From Lingula anatina (lineage: Eukaryota > Animalia > Brachiopoda), in contig CM120640.1 of the NCBI GenBank assembly GCA_051362555.1, positions 36,661,967 to 36,725,966 on the forward strand: a DNA stretch of 64,000 nucleotides, written 5' to 3'. Under the pieces are notes generated by a model. That model was not told the DNA's origin. It saw only the letters and a list, made by a program, of their open reading frames with translations, and searched no databases. Position numbers and translations under genes: made by a program. The number at the start of each line of letters is the position of its first letter. Position 1 is the first letter of the stretch. Shown piece by piece: positions 49,066 through 64,000 of the stretch.

Positions 49066-51216
49066 AGAATTATAATTATATATGCAGTTTTATCTTATGG
49101 TACTGGTATATGCTTTTTGAATAAGCTTAGCTGTATATTTTATTTCTTCTTTAGACGAATCATAAGTCAGTTTCCTATCAGTGCTCAGACGTGAACTTTT
49201 GAATACCTTGTGCTAGTTAGTTATTTATTTATTTATTTATTCAGATGTGAGCATATTTTTCAGTTACTATTATCTCACTAAATACAGTTAAGCTATTGTA
49301 TCAAAAATATATTAAAATTTACAAAGATATTTATTAAGATTCTTCTCAAACATAACACCATTACTGTATAATCAGATGCATAGGTTAACTAGGTGGTATT
49401 TGGTTCCGAGTATTTTTTATTGTTGCATAATTTGCTATACTGTTATAGAAGTGTTGTCTTTCTGGTGAATAAAACAAACAGTTAAACAATAAATGTTTTT
49501 TTGTCTGTCTTTTAAGGGAGGGCAAAATCTTTTTTTACTTCAAAATTCCGATATTTGAAAGCAAAATAGCTAATGAGGTAACATATTGTGCCTAAACAAT
49601 CTATGAAATCTATGGATTGGGGAATTTTTTATTAAAAAGAAACAAATATGCCCAAAACATGAGTTTTCACTTGCAGTGCCTCCTCAGTTGCTAGATTGGC
49701 ATGCCAATTTTTGTTGGGATTTTATTGGTTGTTCCTCCATAGTCGCTGAAACTTTTACCACACATCTGTGATTGTGATTACAACACTAGGGCTAAGTGTG
49801 TTAGGGAAGACATTGTGAAGACATTGTCTTCCCTAACACGATTAGCCCTAGTTTTATAAATATCATGGCCATTGCAGTATATAAATTGAATAGATTTAAA
49901 CTAATTTTCAAATATCATATTTTATTTACAATAATATTAAAATTGTATATGTACAACTTGCATATGTATATATACAGTACAATTATTAAATAACTGGAAA
50001 TAATATGCACTGGCAATTTTAATCCATACTTACTGACTGAACATAACCACTACAATTCACTTAGGGTAGAGAAGGAAGGGAAATTGCTGGTCGAAAGTCC
50101 TAATTTAAAAACTAAATTCCATGATCAACAATTATTGCTTAAGACCAATATGCACCTCACCAACCTCTTTTCAGGGTCAATTTTAAGTAACTCGGCCTTA
50201 TAAGAAACTAATGAATTAACAAAATTCAGAAAAATGTTACTTCACAGTACTGATGGATTTGAAAGTGGGCAATTTTACACTAGTCATTTTCAGCTATGAA
50301 CCTGCACATGAGTAGAACTGAAAAAATGAGATTAATAAGATAGCTGTAAAACTAATCCCACAATCAGTTGTACCCAAATGTGACTAATTTAAATGTGTTG
50401 TTGTTTGAAAAAAGCAGTGGTAACTAACTTTGAAACCCTAAAGAAATCCCACTGTTAGTAGCATGAATAGACTCACTTACTAATCTAGCATGAATCAAAT
50501 GTCTTCCAGTTGAAGTTATATTACATTTGCAAAAAATATACAACATATAACTTGTGTCATAAATTATACCTTATAAAATATATTACAACGATGGATGCAG
50601 GAATAACCTCCACTCTTCCTCTACCAAAGGTGGAGAAATGAAACAAATGTGTGAAATGAATATACTGTGATTTAATATGACACACCATTTTTGATGCTAC
50701 ATCAATTGTTTTGTACAGCAACAGTTTCCATACTAAGACTTAATAGCTCTTGTCTGTGAGTTTGGGAGTTCATTGGACCTAACCTCTACTGTGAGCTCCA
50801 GCAATTCCCAGTGTACTCTGAAACTCGGGGTCAGTAAGTCACATTAAGTCATATCAAGCAGGTAGATGTGTCTTAGTGAACACCAAATAAATACTTGTTT
50901 AAGGGGACTTCTATAATATAATTGCAAGAAAGCCCTTCGTAACCAGGTTCTTCATGTACTAATGCCCCTACTTGTTACAACTGAGCACAATGTGTTACTT
51001 TATAAAACTGTTATAACAATTTTAACCAAATCATGCTCCAAAGAATGTGAATTTGCATGATCCAGACTACACTTTATACTGCTCAGAACCTGCTGGCTCA
51101 AATCAATAAAGTTATCAAACCAACAACAATACTTTTGACCCAAGAAATAAGTCATAATCCGTGTCTCTGAACTGCTATTCCTGTGTTAACAGCAGTGTCG
51201 TGTGACTCAGGAGCTG

Positions 51217-54200
51217 TCAGCTGCTCTTTCTAGCTATAGCCTCTCTGATTTGCCTGTCCAGCTCCGCTATGATCCTGTCCTCGTGTGTGTACACACCAGT
51301 CCTCAGCAGTGCGTCCCTCTCCTCTATCAGTCTAGCAATCCTCTCATCTATGGTGGTGTCAGGGTCAGGCTGAAGAGGGGTGTACTGGACACTGCCTCCT
51401 GGGGATGTACTGGAAATATCTGCTTTGTGCAGAGGCTGCTGCTGCTGTTGTTGTTTCTGATTTTCTTGTTCTTTTAGTCTAGAAATGACAAAACCACAAT
51501 TTTATGTTAATGAATATACCACTAATCTGTTTTGTTGAATGACAGTTAATAACATTTGCTTATTTATATTTTCTTATTTGCAGTAAGAGCTTCATTTGTC
51601 ATTTGTCAGTAAGAGCTTCATCTATGAATATGTTTGCTTATGTTTTTAAACATTTAAAAAATGATTGCTGTCTCTTTCAGTTAACACTTAGTGACAGAAA
51701 ACATTATTTTACCTGTTAACTTCCTGCTTAATCTCCTCCAATTCTAGTTTTTCTGCCTTTACCACCTCTTTCTCCTCTGCAGCCAGGTAGCGTAGCCTCA
51801 TGTGCTCCAGCTCCTGCTGCTGTTTGCGGAGCTGTCGTTTTGCAACTGCTTGCTCCTTCTCCTTCATGCGGGCCAGCTCTTTCAGTGCCCGTCCCCACTG
51901 CTGCTTGTAGTGGACTTTAGACTTGGAAACAGAGTCCAACTTCCTCTCAAGTTCAGCCTGGATTTTAACACGTATACAATGGTGAGTAGATTTAATACTA
52001 TATAAGGCCTTGCTCTACCTCTACATCCCTACAGATAGCCTAGGCTTCCTGGCCTTTATCCAATTATATATCATAATAATCTTATGCCAAGCTCAGTTAC
52101 CACAATACTTAAATCTAATGTGAATTATTTGACATGAGTGGAGGTTTTATTACAAATTATGTATCTATGCATTGAAATAATGAGGACATACAAACATATT
52201 GACTAAAATGTGCCTGAATTCAGAATATTTGGATTTGATACAGCATCCCTACCTTTTCCAGTGTCAGCAGATTAATTTCAGATTGAAGGCGAACCTCGGG
52301 TTTGCTGCTTTGCTGCTCTTTGTACACACTGAAATCTCTCTCCAGAGACTGGACTTTGTTCTCTGAGTTAATCAACTACATAAAACAAATAGGGTAAATT
52401 TAGCATAATATGCAGATTTCATTGTTGTTATTATAATGGTTCATCATTTATTGGCAAACATGTTTTCCTGTTGATATTAAATTGGGTTTTAAATATTTTC
52501 AAAGCATATTTTGACAAGTAGTGTTACAAATTGTGAAAAAGAAACTTGACAGAAATTGAATCACATTCCAGTTTATCCAGTGCTTTTGGCATATGAGCAG
52601 TTAAAATGAAGTGTCCTTAGTTACCATATGTTTACATTAAGAAAAAAATCATTTAAAAGACAAGTATATATGTATCCCTTACCTCCTGTTTCAACCTTCC
52701 TAACTGTTCCTCTAACGTCTGAGTCTTTGTTCTAGAACCACAAAAATGGTATATATGTCATACCTTTAAATGAAACTGTTAACTAGCTATTCTATCATAT
52801 GAGCAACAAGCTAAAGCTGAGAGTAAAGAAATTTTAAAGAAAGAGAATAATGTGTAAGTTTGCCTAAAGTGTAATGTAATGTATATGCCTTTCCCTCTTC
52901 TTTTTATAGTCCTGTAGTTCAATGCTTCATGTACACTGATAAAAGATAACAAAAACACTTTTATCTACCCAATATGTTTCATCATAACACACACCTCTCC
53001 AGCTGTATCTTATGTTCACAGTCTTCCTGCATTCTTCTGGAGGCTTCCCTCATCTCATGTAGCTTGTATTCATGTTCACGCTGTAAGTCTGCTTTTATCC
53101 TGGTTATCTATATAACAGAGAGATACAAGAAGAGAGTAAAAGAATGTGCATGCATAATGATCTTTCAAATATTTAATATAATGCGTTCTAAATGATGACT
53201 GAAAATCAATTTTTTTTACAATTAAGTTAGACACAGCCTTGAAGCATTTATTGTGCCCATAAATTTGTGATACTACTTCAACAATAATTTTTTTTACTGA
53301 AAATAAGGCATAAGTAAGGATGTCTTAGTTGTAGATTAGTATATTAATTTTTTTCTTTATAATTTAGTTTTTCTTTATGTTAACATATACAAGCATTAAA
53401 ATTGTAGATGGACTGAGGTCAAAATTTGCCAAAATAATAACAATAATAAGAAACTGATGTATTCATACTTCATTTTCACTAGATTCCAACTGCCTCTCTC
53501 TTCTGTCTAAATCAGCCAAGGTTTTCCTTAATTGTTCCTCTAGATGTGAATACTCTGATATCTAAAAGAGAAAAAGACATATATTTAATTCAGGTAAAAA
53601 GCAGCCAATAAAAAAAATTAAAATCAATATTATAATATGTTAAAATATACAATTTAGGGTATATCTTGATAGACCAAAAACTTGCAAAAGAACAAACAGT
53701 AAACAGCTCTCAGTACAATGTTTACAACTATCTAAAGAAAAGATGAAATAAGCTTTGTGATGATTATCTATTTGGATGCATTCCCAATGCACTATATTTC
53801 TACACAGATCAATCTAACTCTGTCAGGACACTGGCTGAATGCAAACAGATTTACTGAATGACACCCTCCTCGAACAGATAAGAGGTGATTAACTTTCCTG
53901 TATGTTTGGACGCAGTCAAAAAAAGAAGTGAATGCTTCCAGAAGCTGAGGGTACATGAAAGATCTGCCTTAGGAAGAAAATTTTTGTCAATTAAGCAACT
54001 GTAACACCAAGCAGTAAAAATTGTTCACCTTTTTCTGAACAAGAAGTTCTCTCTCTTTGTCTCTTCTCTTCCATTCTTCAGCAAGGGCCCTTAAATGGTG
54101 GAGTTCCTTCTCTTTCAGCTGTAACATTCAGAATAATATCATCAAAGCTCCACCAACAAAAAGTTTAAGCAACCCATAGATAATACTTTGATTGTGATAA

Positions 54201-57200
54201 CACTTTGACAAAGGTCTTTTTTTTTTTTTACAATGTAGTTTACACATTTGGGAGTTACAAACATCACTGATGTTATGACATCAAATTTGGAAGTATTCAT
54301 GACCAAAAATGCACAAGATTGAAGATATGAGCTACAAACTGAAAAGAGTGGTATTTAAAATACATGTGTTAAGACATCTTACCTGTGTCTCAAACACCTG
54401 CTCCTGTGTGTCCTTCCACATCTCTAACTCCAGGGCAGCTTTATATTCAATGGTCTCCCTGGGCTCTGGCTGAGGTGGGACAGCAGGGGGCGCTGGGGGA
54501 GGGGCCATAGTGGTACTACTTTCATCTGTAGCATATACCTATAATAAAACCAGCACTGATATCATTATGTTGGCTAAATCAATGTGAATTTACTCATTTT
54601 TCATTTGTTGGTGTTTTCTGATAAAATGTCACTTAATAATCAGGAAAGTATGTGGAGTGGGCTACATTGTTGAAAATAGTCAGTCACCTTGAAAAATTTT
54701 GGTCAAAAACCATTTTGTTGATTTCTTAAATTCTGTCAGAAAAATTAAATGGAAAAAATTCCAGAATATTCTAGCAACCTGTTTTTGACCAACCAAATAA
54801 TTCTGCCCTGACATTTATTGCAAGAGAGGATATTACCTGATGTGCCATGTGGTTGTATAAAACAAGAATTACAAAAAGAGATTTTACTCAACAATTCACA
54901 AATGACCGCCAACCAGAAAACAACTGTATATACTACTACTTTTGTAGTTGCTATGATGCTTTTTTGATGCTAGTATCCTACTTCATACTGTAGTTCTTTT
55001 GACTGATATTTATAATACACTAAAATGTGAATATTTTCTATGTAATGCCCAAGTATAAAAACCAGTGTTGTTAAAAAAATGCTGTCAAAGCATAAATTTT
55101 TGAGTACTACCAATATGTTTTACCTGTGGCTTGTGCTGCTCATTGTTAACATAGACATGCTGTGTGCTAATAAGCCCCAGATCTTCTAAACTCAACACTG
55201 CATGGAGTTCTCCCACCCTCTTTCCAGCTCTGAAACACAATGACAAATCAGGTAGACAACTTCAGTTACCCACAATAATTTTTAACGGGAGAAACATAGG
55301 CTACTCACTTAAGAATTTGCTCTTGACTTTTTCCAATTTGAATAAGCTGAGACAATAAAGTTTGGACAAAAGTGCAGAGATTACCTTAAACAAAAATACA
55401 ATACAGAAGTCCCATACTTACCCATCCACAGACATCAGAGGGCAATGTGTGTCATAAACTTGCCTCCAACCTACAGAGTTATCACTCTTCTAAAAGATAA
55501 ATAGATCTAACATCAGTCATTGTAACGCAGACAAAAAACAACTACCTCTTTTTGTTCAGTTGTTCATTCATCCCATTAACAAAAATGAAAGTTTACAACA
55601 AAATGCAACATGTCAGGCTCGATTTTTTTCTTAATTAAACATTTTATCGACAGAAACCTGGGTAACCTATGTGTCAATTTTCTAATATATTTTAACTACA
55701 AATCAACTTAACAGTCTGTGCAAAAGATTTTTTAAGCTACTTTGACACACCAAGATTAAAAAAGTCACTGGCCCAAACCAGAAACAGTAAACATTAACTA
55801 AACAAATTTTACAAAATATATCTGGCCCAACTTAATGAAATATTGAAGACTGATTACATGAGTGCACTTTAGGCATAAGAATGTGAAAAAGGATCTCACC
55901 ACCACCCGAGACTGTTCAGCTGCTAACAGGTGTGCCATTGAAATTCTTGTTACTCCAAACAAAGTATCCTGAGCTTTATTCTTGTCTCTGTCCCACACTT
56001 CCACCACCAATGGGACGCTGACAGATCCATGAAAATATTATTTATAATTATTACAATAAATCAATAATAAAAAGCACCATCTTTTTGTGCTTTAAAAGCA
56101 AATATCACTAAAGCACATCAAACTGTTGGCATTTCAGTGTAGTCCTATGTGTCTAATTGAAAAAAAAAATGAAATATTTCAACAAGGTATTTATGTAAAA
56201 TCTGTATACATATATAAGTACATATAAAATAATATGCAAGTAATTGAGCTTCAGATACCTACATAACATGATATGTAACATGCAGCCTATGTTTCCTATT
56301 TGTATAATTTTCAGAGAGTAAAAATGTTTCATACAATACATATACATATGTCTACATATGTAAAGCAATATAAAAATTATGTGAAATAATCTAGAGATGC
56401 TTACGTCATGAATGTTTCTTGCAGCTGGTGCAGAGTTGCAGCAAAGTCAAAAGTGCAAACTCCCTGGGGTAAGAGCACCTCTCTACCTCGCTGCACCTCC
56501 ACTGCAGGGTGGCTCACTTTGGGGGCGGCGCTGCCAAAAAAGGCATATGTGTACCTGGAACATAGAGGAAACATGAGGGGACATTCACAAGTAGTGAAAA
56601 GACTTGCACGTATTAACGCATTTCTTTGCATGAAAACACCATAGGACAGTTATACAAGGAATTAACACCAGAAATCATTTTTTCAATAAACAGTAATGCA
56701 TAATTACTTTAAACTAAAAGTTCAAAATAAAATAATTTAAGTTTGTTTCATGATTATGAAGGTTAAAATAAAAGAGCATATCTGGAGTTCGGATGGGCCA
56801 AAGACCAAAAACATTTTGTAACTAAATATAAAGCTCAAATTCCCTGTAAAACTTTGGTTTCCCCAATTTGATAAAAACTTATCCTTCCTCATAACATGGC
56901 GATTCAAGATCTTGCTTTCTTATTACCTCACATAGGCATTTATGTATGAATCTGCAGCAAGGTCCCTTAAGCTCCTCAAGTCTACAGTGACACTAAAATG
57001 TCTTGACTGTGGCGGGATGGCGACATAACCTTGTGTAGTTGTGGAAGTACTGCTTGATACTGTCGGCTGTGCTGGAGCCACCCTGGCTGGCTGCTGGGAC
57101 GGAGGTGAAGATTCTGACTGTTTTTCTGGCGTGACTGTTAGGGATTTAGATCTCTCATCTTCTCTTTGTGAAGCAATTTCTTTTTTATCTAATGTTATGA

Positions 57201-60200
57201 AAAAAAAAGAGAAATCTCACATCAAATATACTAAATGATTGGTCTATCAACAAAACCAAATGGAATTGTCACTCTGCTTTCAATACATTTTTTCAACTGT
57301 CATTTTCTACAGCAGTGACACTTGCACAATTCAGCACCTTACAAAGACCATGAAGAATACCAGTGGGTGACCATCAGTGGGTGATAACCAATGGATTATA
57401 TACACAAAAATTAATAAATATTGGGCGACTACCAGTGGGCAGTAACCAAGGGTGATAACCAAAGGGTGATAACCAATAGCCAGTGGGTGATATTCTAAAG
57501 GGTGTTAACCAATGTCTGACAATCAATACCTTTGTCTCTTTGTTCCTTTTTCTCCTCTTCCAGGCTACTCACACTGTCACCAGTTGCCTCAGCAAATGAA
57601 TCTGTATACTGTTCATCCTGAGGTCTGTGTTTCTTTTTGTCTGCACTCTTCCCTTTCTGCTTTTTCGTTTCTTTGATGTGATCCTCTGGCACAGGAGGAG
57701 TGTCTGTGCTATCTGTATGCTGCTTGGACGGCGTCACTTGAATCTAGATAATTGAAATTGAGACATTTGTATTCTGATGTATCATTCTCATCTGTTATAA
57801 TTATGGTATTATGTTTAAAAAGAGTAAATAAGTCCAGCTGCAAAAACAAAACAACAAGAACAACATCAAAGACTTCAAATTATTTTCTCTTATTCAACAG
57901 TATTGTTCTATTAAGCAACCGTTTACATTAAATACAAATCCTAATGTAGGTTTTTTAACCACTTTATCTTAAAAATAATAGTCATTACCTGTTCTTCTTT
58001 CCTCATGGTAACAGAGACCCCCACTGCAGGCCTCATGTCCTCAGGAACAGGAGGTAGTTGTTGCTTGGTTCTATTTGGTGGAGATAACTGGAAAACAGAC
58101 AGGAATGTATGGTAACAATGTAGAAACAGACACAAAGGTTTGGTAACAAAGCAAGAGAATCAAACAAAGGTCTGATAACAAAGCTGGAGAAACAGACAGG
58201 GATATTAGGCAACAGTAATGGAGAAGAATACAAAAACACAAAATAACCAACACATTTCATACTGTTCAACTCTAATAAACCTATATGTGTTCTGAAGCTG
58301 ACATTTTTTTTTTTTTTTTTTTTTGTGAAAATATCAGCGAAACAAAGCATATTTTTTAAAGATACTCTTATATCACACTTTGTTCACTTTAGCATTCACT
58401 ACACACACATTTCTTACTGAACACTGTCAGAGTAAAAATACCCAGTACAGATCATAATGGATAATTTAGTCTGCTTTTTAAAAATTGATTTTGGAAGACC
58501 TTCTGCTTGGAAGACAAGAACCGGATATTGGGTCTGCACACGTGGATGCCCTAGAATCTTTTGAGGTACTCACATGAAAGACTCCTTCCATAATCACTGG
58601 TCTCATGTAGATTTCATTGCTGTCTTTCTTTAACATAGAGTTGAGTGGTACCTCTGCACTTCCAAGAGATTGGTCTCCGCAGCATAAGTGAATCTAAGAC
58701 ATTCAATGCACATATATATTAGACAGCAAAAGCTCTCAGATGTGCAGTCGTGCAAAAAGACTGTAGTTAACAAGGTAAAAAGGTCAAACAAAGAAGAAAG
58801 CTAGTCATGTTTTTGTATATATCTCTACTTTGTGTGTGTTTGGATGGGGGTTACAATAGTTTTTTTTAATTTCACAAAATACCTGGGGTACATATATTTT
58901 GCTAATTCACAACAATAAATAAATAAATAAATCTTGCAATATGTACTTGTATTCCTGGTTGCCTCTCAAGAAAAAGTTGTAAAGCCTCAGGACTGCTCCT
59001 TAGCCTCACTGAAGCCCGTTCAATAGGAAATGACGGGTTCAGCAGATCATAGAATGTAGCATTGGTGACATCATTCCCAAACAAGGCATAGTAGAAGAAA
59101 TAACCATTAGCACTGGCTGGGAGAGGCATGTTTGTGGGTATCAGCTGGAACAAAAACATTGCATGTACTGTATAATACTGTGCTATTAACTTAACAATAA
59201 TCTTGTAACAATTTCACAAAAATTAAAAAATGACAGGCGCTTTTGAGCTAGATTAACTATAATACAGTGGCATTTTAAAAACAATTTTTCCTAGTTCAAA
59301 ATAGTCTATATTTTTGTCTTAAAGAAAAAAAACCCAACTATTGACTTGGTGCCCTTTACCTGTGGTAGATTTGTGGCAAATGAAATGGTAACAGACAGCA
59401 TAAAGTGCTCATTGCATCTGTCCTCAGGTCCCAGTTGGTAGTATCCTTCTGCTTCATTCAAGACTGGCTTCAGGTCATCCAAACTGAGCTCTTTCAGTGG
59501 TACTGAAAAAATATACGGGTCTTCTTAGTTCAGTCAGTTTTTTAATTTACCATCCATCCAACCGAAATCATTTGATATTACACACTTATGGATTGAACAT
59601 ATATATATTTTTTATAATGATAATGTACAAAGATTTACAACTCGGATATAAAAATCTTAGGAGTTACAGCCTGCAGAACAATGATGGCACCCTTATTTTG
59701 CAGCATTAGAAAAATTTGGACATTTAAAAAATCTATGATCTTTTCTTAAAATAAAGACAAACCTGAAAATTAAACATATAACATCTGTGTAAATTAATAT
59801 AAAAGAATCTTTATAAATGTCAAACAGAAAAAGTCAAAGTTAAAATCTTTATACTAGCAGAGTTACAAAGCACTATTTTAATCAATTATAACTGAGAAAA
59901 ATTTATGGTCACTTTAACATCTGCCATTTCAGTTCTTTTCCACTGTATATAAAGAGAGAGCATGGCATTCAAACTATTCTAAACTTTTTACAGGACAGAA
60001 TAAATTTGAACTCCTGTGAACCACTCACTCTGTCCTGCCCTGGCTGGAGCATCTTTGGCTTTGAATCCAGTTTGACCTATCTTCTTGTCATCTTCCACAT
60101 AAATCCCAAGACGCATTTCTGGCTTTGATTTGGAATATTTTGGAAGTAGAAGCTGGTACCATTTTGAAGTCTGAAAAATAAAACATTAAATATATATATT

Positions 60201-60978
60201 ACTCGATATATATTTATATATATAATTCTACTTCCCTCAAACCCAAATTCTTCAGCTCAAAGTAAAATCTATCAAATATCAAAGTCAATATTGTCACATG
60301 AACATTAAATTACATGCAAAACCAAATACAAGACTTCAATTTATTGAAAATTCATCTGACATGAAATTTAATTCAAGTTTGTCACAAATTCAAGACAATT
60401 TTTTGATTTACAAATATATGTGCTAATATGTTCAACAGTTTTTAAAGGATCAATATGACAAATAAATCCATTATTACCTGTTTGTTTTGAGCAGACCTTA
60501 AATCTAAGACAATGTATCCTAAGTTTTCCCTCATTGTGCTCAATGGATCATATGCATAGCACTGTACCCTTATTGAAGAGCGTTGCAAACGATGTTGATA
60601 AAGACCCTTCTTATCTAGCTCCCAGGCTAGTTCTTGAGTAAAATCTGGATTCTCCACATGATCAACAGGATCTGTTGATAAAAGTTCTCCATCGAACTTA
60701 GCATCGACAATAATTTTGTGTTTAGGTCTTCTGGGGAAATTTCGACCTGAAATGTCAATGTTTTTCTTAGGTATGTGACAAAATTCACCCTTTCACACAG
60801 GGTTGAAATAGTTCGTAATCTTAATAAGTGTCAGTCATGTTATTTCATTAAAATATTAGTGTTGCGATCTATTATAATGTTATGTTGTTTACTTGCAATT
60901 ATCAATAATATTATTAAATTTGTAGTATTTACCTTCTAAAACTGCCACAACAACAAGGTATTTTCCATTCGTTACCAT
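51217..60978 (-). CDS. CEP120: Centrosomal protein of 120 kDa (three C2 domains + coiled coil), ~21 exons (first 60978-60933, second 60747-60478, last ~51478-51217)
   Basis: [133 protein letters not shown] and [22 protein letters not shown] match CEP120. Confidence 0.95.
57360..57510. repeat. Short intronic minisatellite (CCAGTGGGTGATAACCA-like units)
   Basis: About 7-8 degenerate copies of GGGTGATAACCA. Confidence 0.75.
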
Positions 60979-61089
60979 GTTTATCAGTGATAACACACAT
61001 CTGTAAACAAACACTAAAGATTTTCACAGACAACTAAACATGGTATCTACATGCGAATAATTATAAATAATTTTCACAATATAAAATTT

Positions 61090-61400
61090 ACTGAGGTTTT
61101 GAAAACAGCCGCCATGTTAATTTCACTTCCGATCATGCTCAGACTCACCGGATATGACATAAAAGCACCACTGATTGACGTCACACGACAACAAATGTTT
61201 TCTTTCAATAACCAAGGTGTTATTTGCAACGATTTTTTAATATAACAGGAAGCAGTGAACCTGTAAGAAAGTGTTGATGTAAAATGTACAGGCGCACGAT
61301 GCTATTTATTAGGGTTGCTATGTGTCTCGTCTAAGCCGGTTTGTAAGGTGTACGCCCTGTTGCGGATTTACCTTGACCTCATTAAACAGCCTTGACGTAT
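61090..61400. promoter_or_regulatory. Bidirectional promoter between CEP120 and CSNK1G
   Basis: YY1-like GCCGCCATGTT 61108-61118, ETS CACTTCCG 61124-61131 and CRE TGACGTCA 61176-61183. The two start codons are 940 bp apart, head-to-head. Confidence 0.7.
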
Positions 61401-61917
61401 AGCGCATTTGTAGAGTTAAACTAAATAGTTCCAACCAGTGATATAAATATATTATAGTTTCCCTTGGAATTTAAAAATTCTTAAGAATAAAGAAAGCTGT
61501 TGACTTTTTATTCAACAATGTCTGATGCATTGGATTTTACGCAAGTTTAGGACAAAATATTTTATCTAGGCGCAGTGATCCCATAATTTGACCATTTTTC
61601 TCTGTGTAAGATCGAAAGATTTCGTTTTGAGGGCACCACAACATAATTTGGCCCAAAATCAACGCCGGTTCGTGTTCCATAGAACAGCTTTTGTATTCCT
61701 TGGATGTAATTGTCACTTTTGGGATAAATTGGAGCACAAATGGAGGAACTCCATCCACGATCAAGGACTAAATAGACGCAGGAGACTGCGATGTATACCG
61801 AGGCATGACACAGCTCTGTGATATCAAAGACAGAAATCAGATTTGAAGCCTCTTTTATTGTTTAGTGTAGGGTGGCCAATCTGGCTCCAAAAGCCCTATT
61901 AATCCGTATCCACACCC

Positions 61918-62107
61918 ATGAGTGGCAATCAGAGACGTGATCGGGACCGCGATCGAACCGAAGAACAACGACGGGTTTCTAAAGCAAGCGCACGAGGCAT
62001 GCACAGCAACCGGACTAGTAGCAGTGGGTCTGGGGTGTTGATGGTGGGGCCCAACTTCAGAGTCGGAAAGAAAATAGGGTGTGGGAACTTTGGAGAACTG
62101 AGGCTAG
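61918..62107 (+). CDS. CSNK1G: Casein kinase I gamma (gilgamesh), first coding exon; continues beyond the window
   Basis: [30 protein letters not shown] is the CK1-gamma N-terminal signature. Donor G|GTAAGG at 62107. Confidence 0.93.
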
Positions 62108-64000
62108 GTAAGGTATTCAATATAATTAATGAAGCTCAATTTGAAGGGATGAAATTCAAATGAAAACAAAAAATTTGATAATTTAATATTTTGTAAAATT
62201 AATGAAATGTCATAAAATTAGTTGCATGAGCCTGCTTTAGTGCCAATTTTTGGTCAGTCCACATCTTTGACATTTTAATTTATTTTGATTATTTGTTAGA
62301 AACAGATGTCTCCACCACAGTAGAAGTCAGAACTGTACTAGACCATTGTTTGCTGTCCTGCTTTGCAAACTTAACCAGATTTTTTACCACTCTTGCTCAC
62401 ATATATATATTTTTGCCCTCTATTAAATAAGCAAAAATTTTTCACTGCAAATATTGGGGCATATTATTTCTAAGTAAATGTTTTATCTTGTCTCGCTGTG
62501 ACAAACCTATATTTATTCAGCACTCGTAAACTTGCTATTCTGTGCCACAGAAGTTAATCAGCTATGGCCTCTGTTGTTTGGCTAGCACAGCCAGTAAAGA
62601 TGAAAATATCAAATGTAAATACATAAAATTTGGGCTATTAATGTACATGTCTATTAATGTACATGTGACTTTGAATAAGGTAACCACCTGAACAAAATGA
62701 TAGGTGGGTCATACTATTGTGTAAAGTGACATGAATTGACGTAAAATGGATGTTTATCACTTTAAATCAAATAATAAACCTAATTTATAAATGAAATATT
62801 GGAATTTCCAACCAATAAAAATGTTTACCGTTAAATTTCATGAAAGGGATATATTCACAACTATTGATAAAAAGAAATGCTTTTGACGGCTTTTTGGAGT
62901 TGAAGAAAGCCTATCTATAAAAGGAAGTAAGTCCTGTTGTCAGAGTCAACAAAATGTACTTAAAAGCTTCCTTATATCTGAATAAAATCATTCAGATGGT
63001 TAAGGTAAGCTATTTTTGGTGTAGAATCCATCGATTGGGTTTATGAGGTCTAATCTACTAATCAAAATGAACAGTTTGTTTTATGTCGTGCCCTTTTGCA
63101 CTTAAGATGGGCCAGTTTGTATAGGTCACAGGTAAAGAGACGCAGGAATGAGTAACCCTATATCATATTATTAACGGTTTGATGGTTTATCTCTGTGGAA
63201 TCCTCCTTGTCTTTGGTCTTAATATAATAAAGGCACCTAAAATGGTGACTAGATAGGCCTGTAGCTAGCAATTTCAAGTGAAAGTGGGTTCTTTTCCTAA
63301 AAAAATATGACCCTTTTTACTGACAGCCTTACGTGTGTTCATAGAACCTGGATCAAATTTTGATTCTGAATGGACTTTTTCCTCTACCAAGATGACGGTT
63401 CATTTGAGCTCCTTTGCCTTCAGGTCTGATACAGTCAGAAAAGCAATCCAAGACCCTGGTCTGTCTGAAACTGTTTTGACACAACCAGGGGATACGAAGT
63501 CAGTTAGCGTCTTCTCAGTCCACTGAACACTCAAACTAGTAGGCCGCAGAAAATTGCTAGTCTGAGACGAAATTTACTGGTCCAAAGATGAAATTTATAG
63601 ATAGTGCAAACATTAATCTAGAAATCTCCACTATTCCAATTGGACTGGTAACTTCAAAAAGTCCTTTATTTTATCTAGTCCAGTGTCAAATCTACCAGTC
63701 AATTGTCTCTGACCAGTGTAGGCTTGTGTCACAGATTGCATGGGTACCTCCGTAGAAAATATCACTGTAACTTATAAGACATATATATGAAGACAGGTCT
63801 ACAGGGAAGCCTCTTCTTACAGCAGTTACTATGAAGGGGCTGGTTCATTGTGTCCAAAAGTAAAAATGATAGAAGTTCATTACAACTTAAGTCCAGTTGA
63901 TTTAAGAACAGTTTCAGGGGGTTCTTAAAACATTGAATTAGAAAGCTTTAATTCACATTCTGGGAGTTGGGGATCCCCTGAAAGGTTATGCTGTATTAAA

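Overview
AT-rich, intron-containing invertebrate animal DNA (probably a lophotrochozoan or mollusc; this is inferred from gene content). It contains no prokaryotic features. Gene order: the 3' half of ARNT (+); a ~13.5 kb inverted duplication (arms ~5581-10051 and ~13680-19060) carrying two divergently transcribed copies of an orphan two-exon gene, with a small secreted chitin-binding (CBM14) gene in the spacer; a core-2 beta-1,6-GlcNAc transferase (+); a GH20 beta-hexosaminidase with a long Gln-rich insert and a C-terminal hydrophobic tail (-); a secreted or membrane lysozyme-like + VWA protein (+); a ~10 kb zone of transposon debris; CEP120 (-); and the first coding exon of casein kinase I gamma (+), head-to-head with CEP120. 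The best candidate for a new system is the orphan gene pair. Each copy has TATA+Inr, one 5'UTR intron and a 213-aa very basic ORF with two SxIP (EB1-binding-type) motifs. Each ~1.5 kb 3'UTR holds a ~283-nt four-way-junction RNA whose three arms all end in GGCC-centred palindromic loops (a natural 'nanostar'-like kissing-loop scaffold). That element is enclosed by a long-range helix with one compensatory change between the copies. All folding and alignment was done by eye, and no database search was possible.
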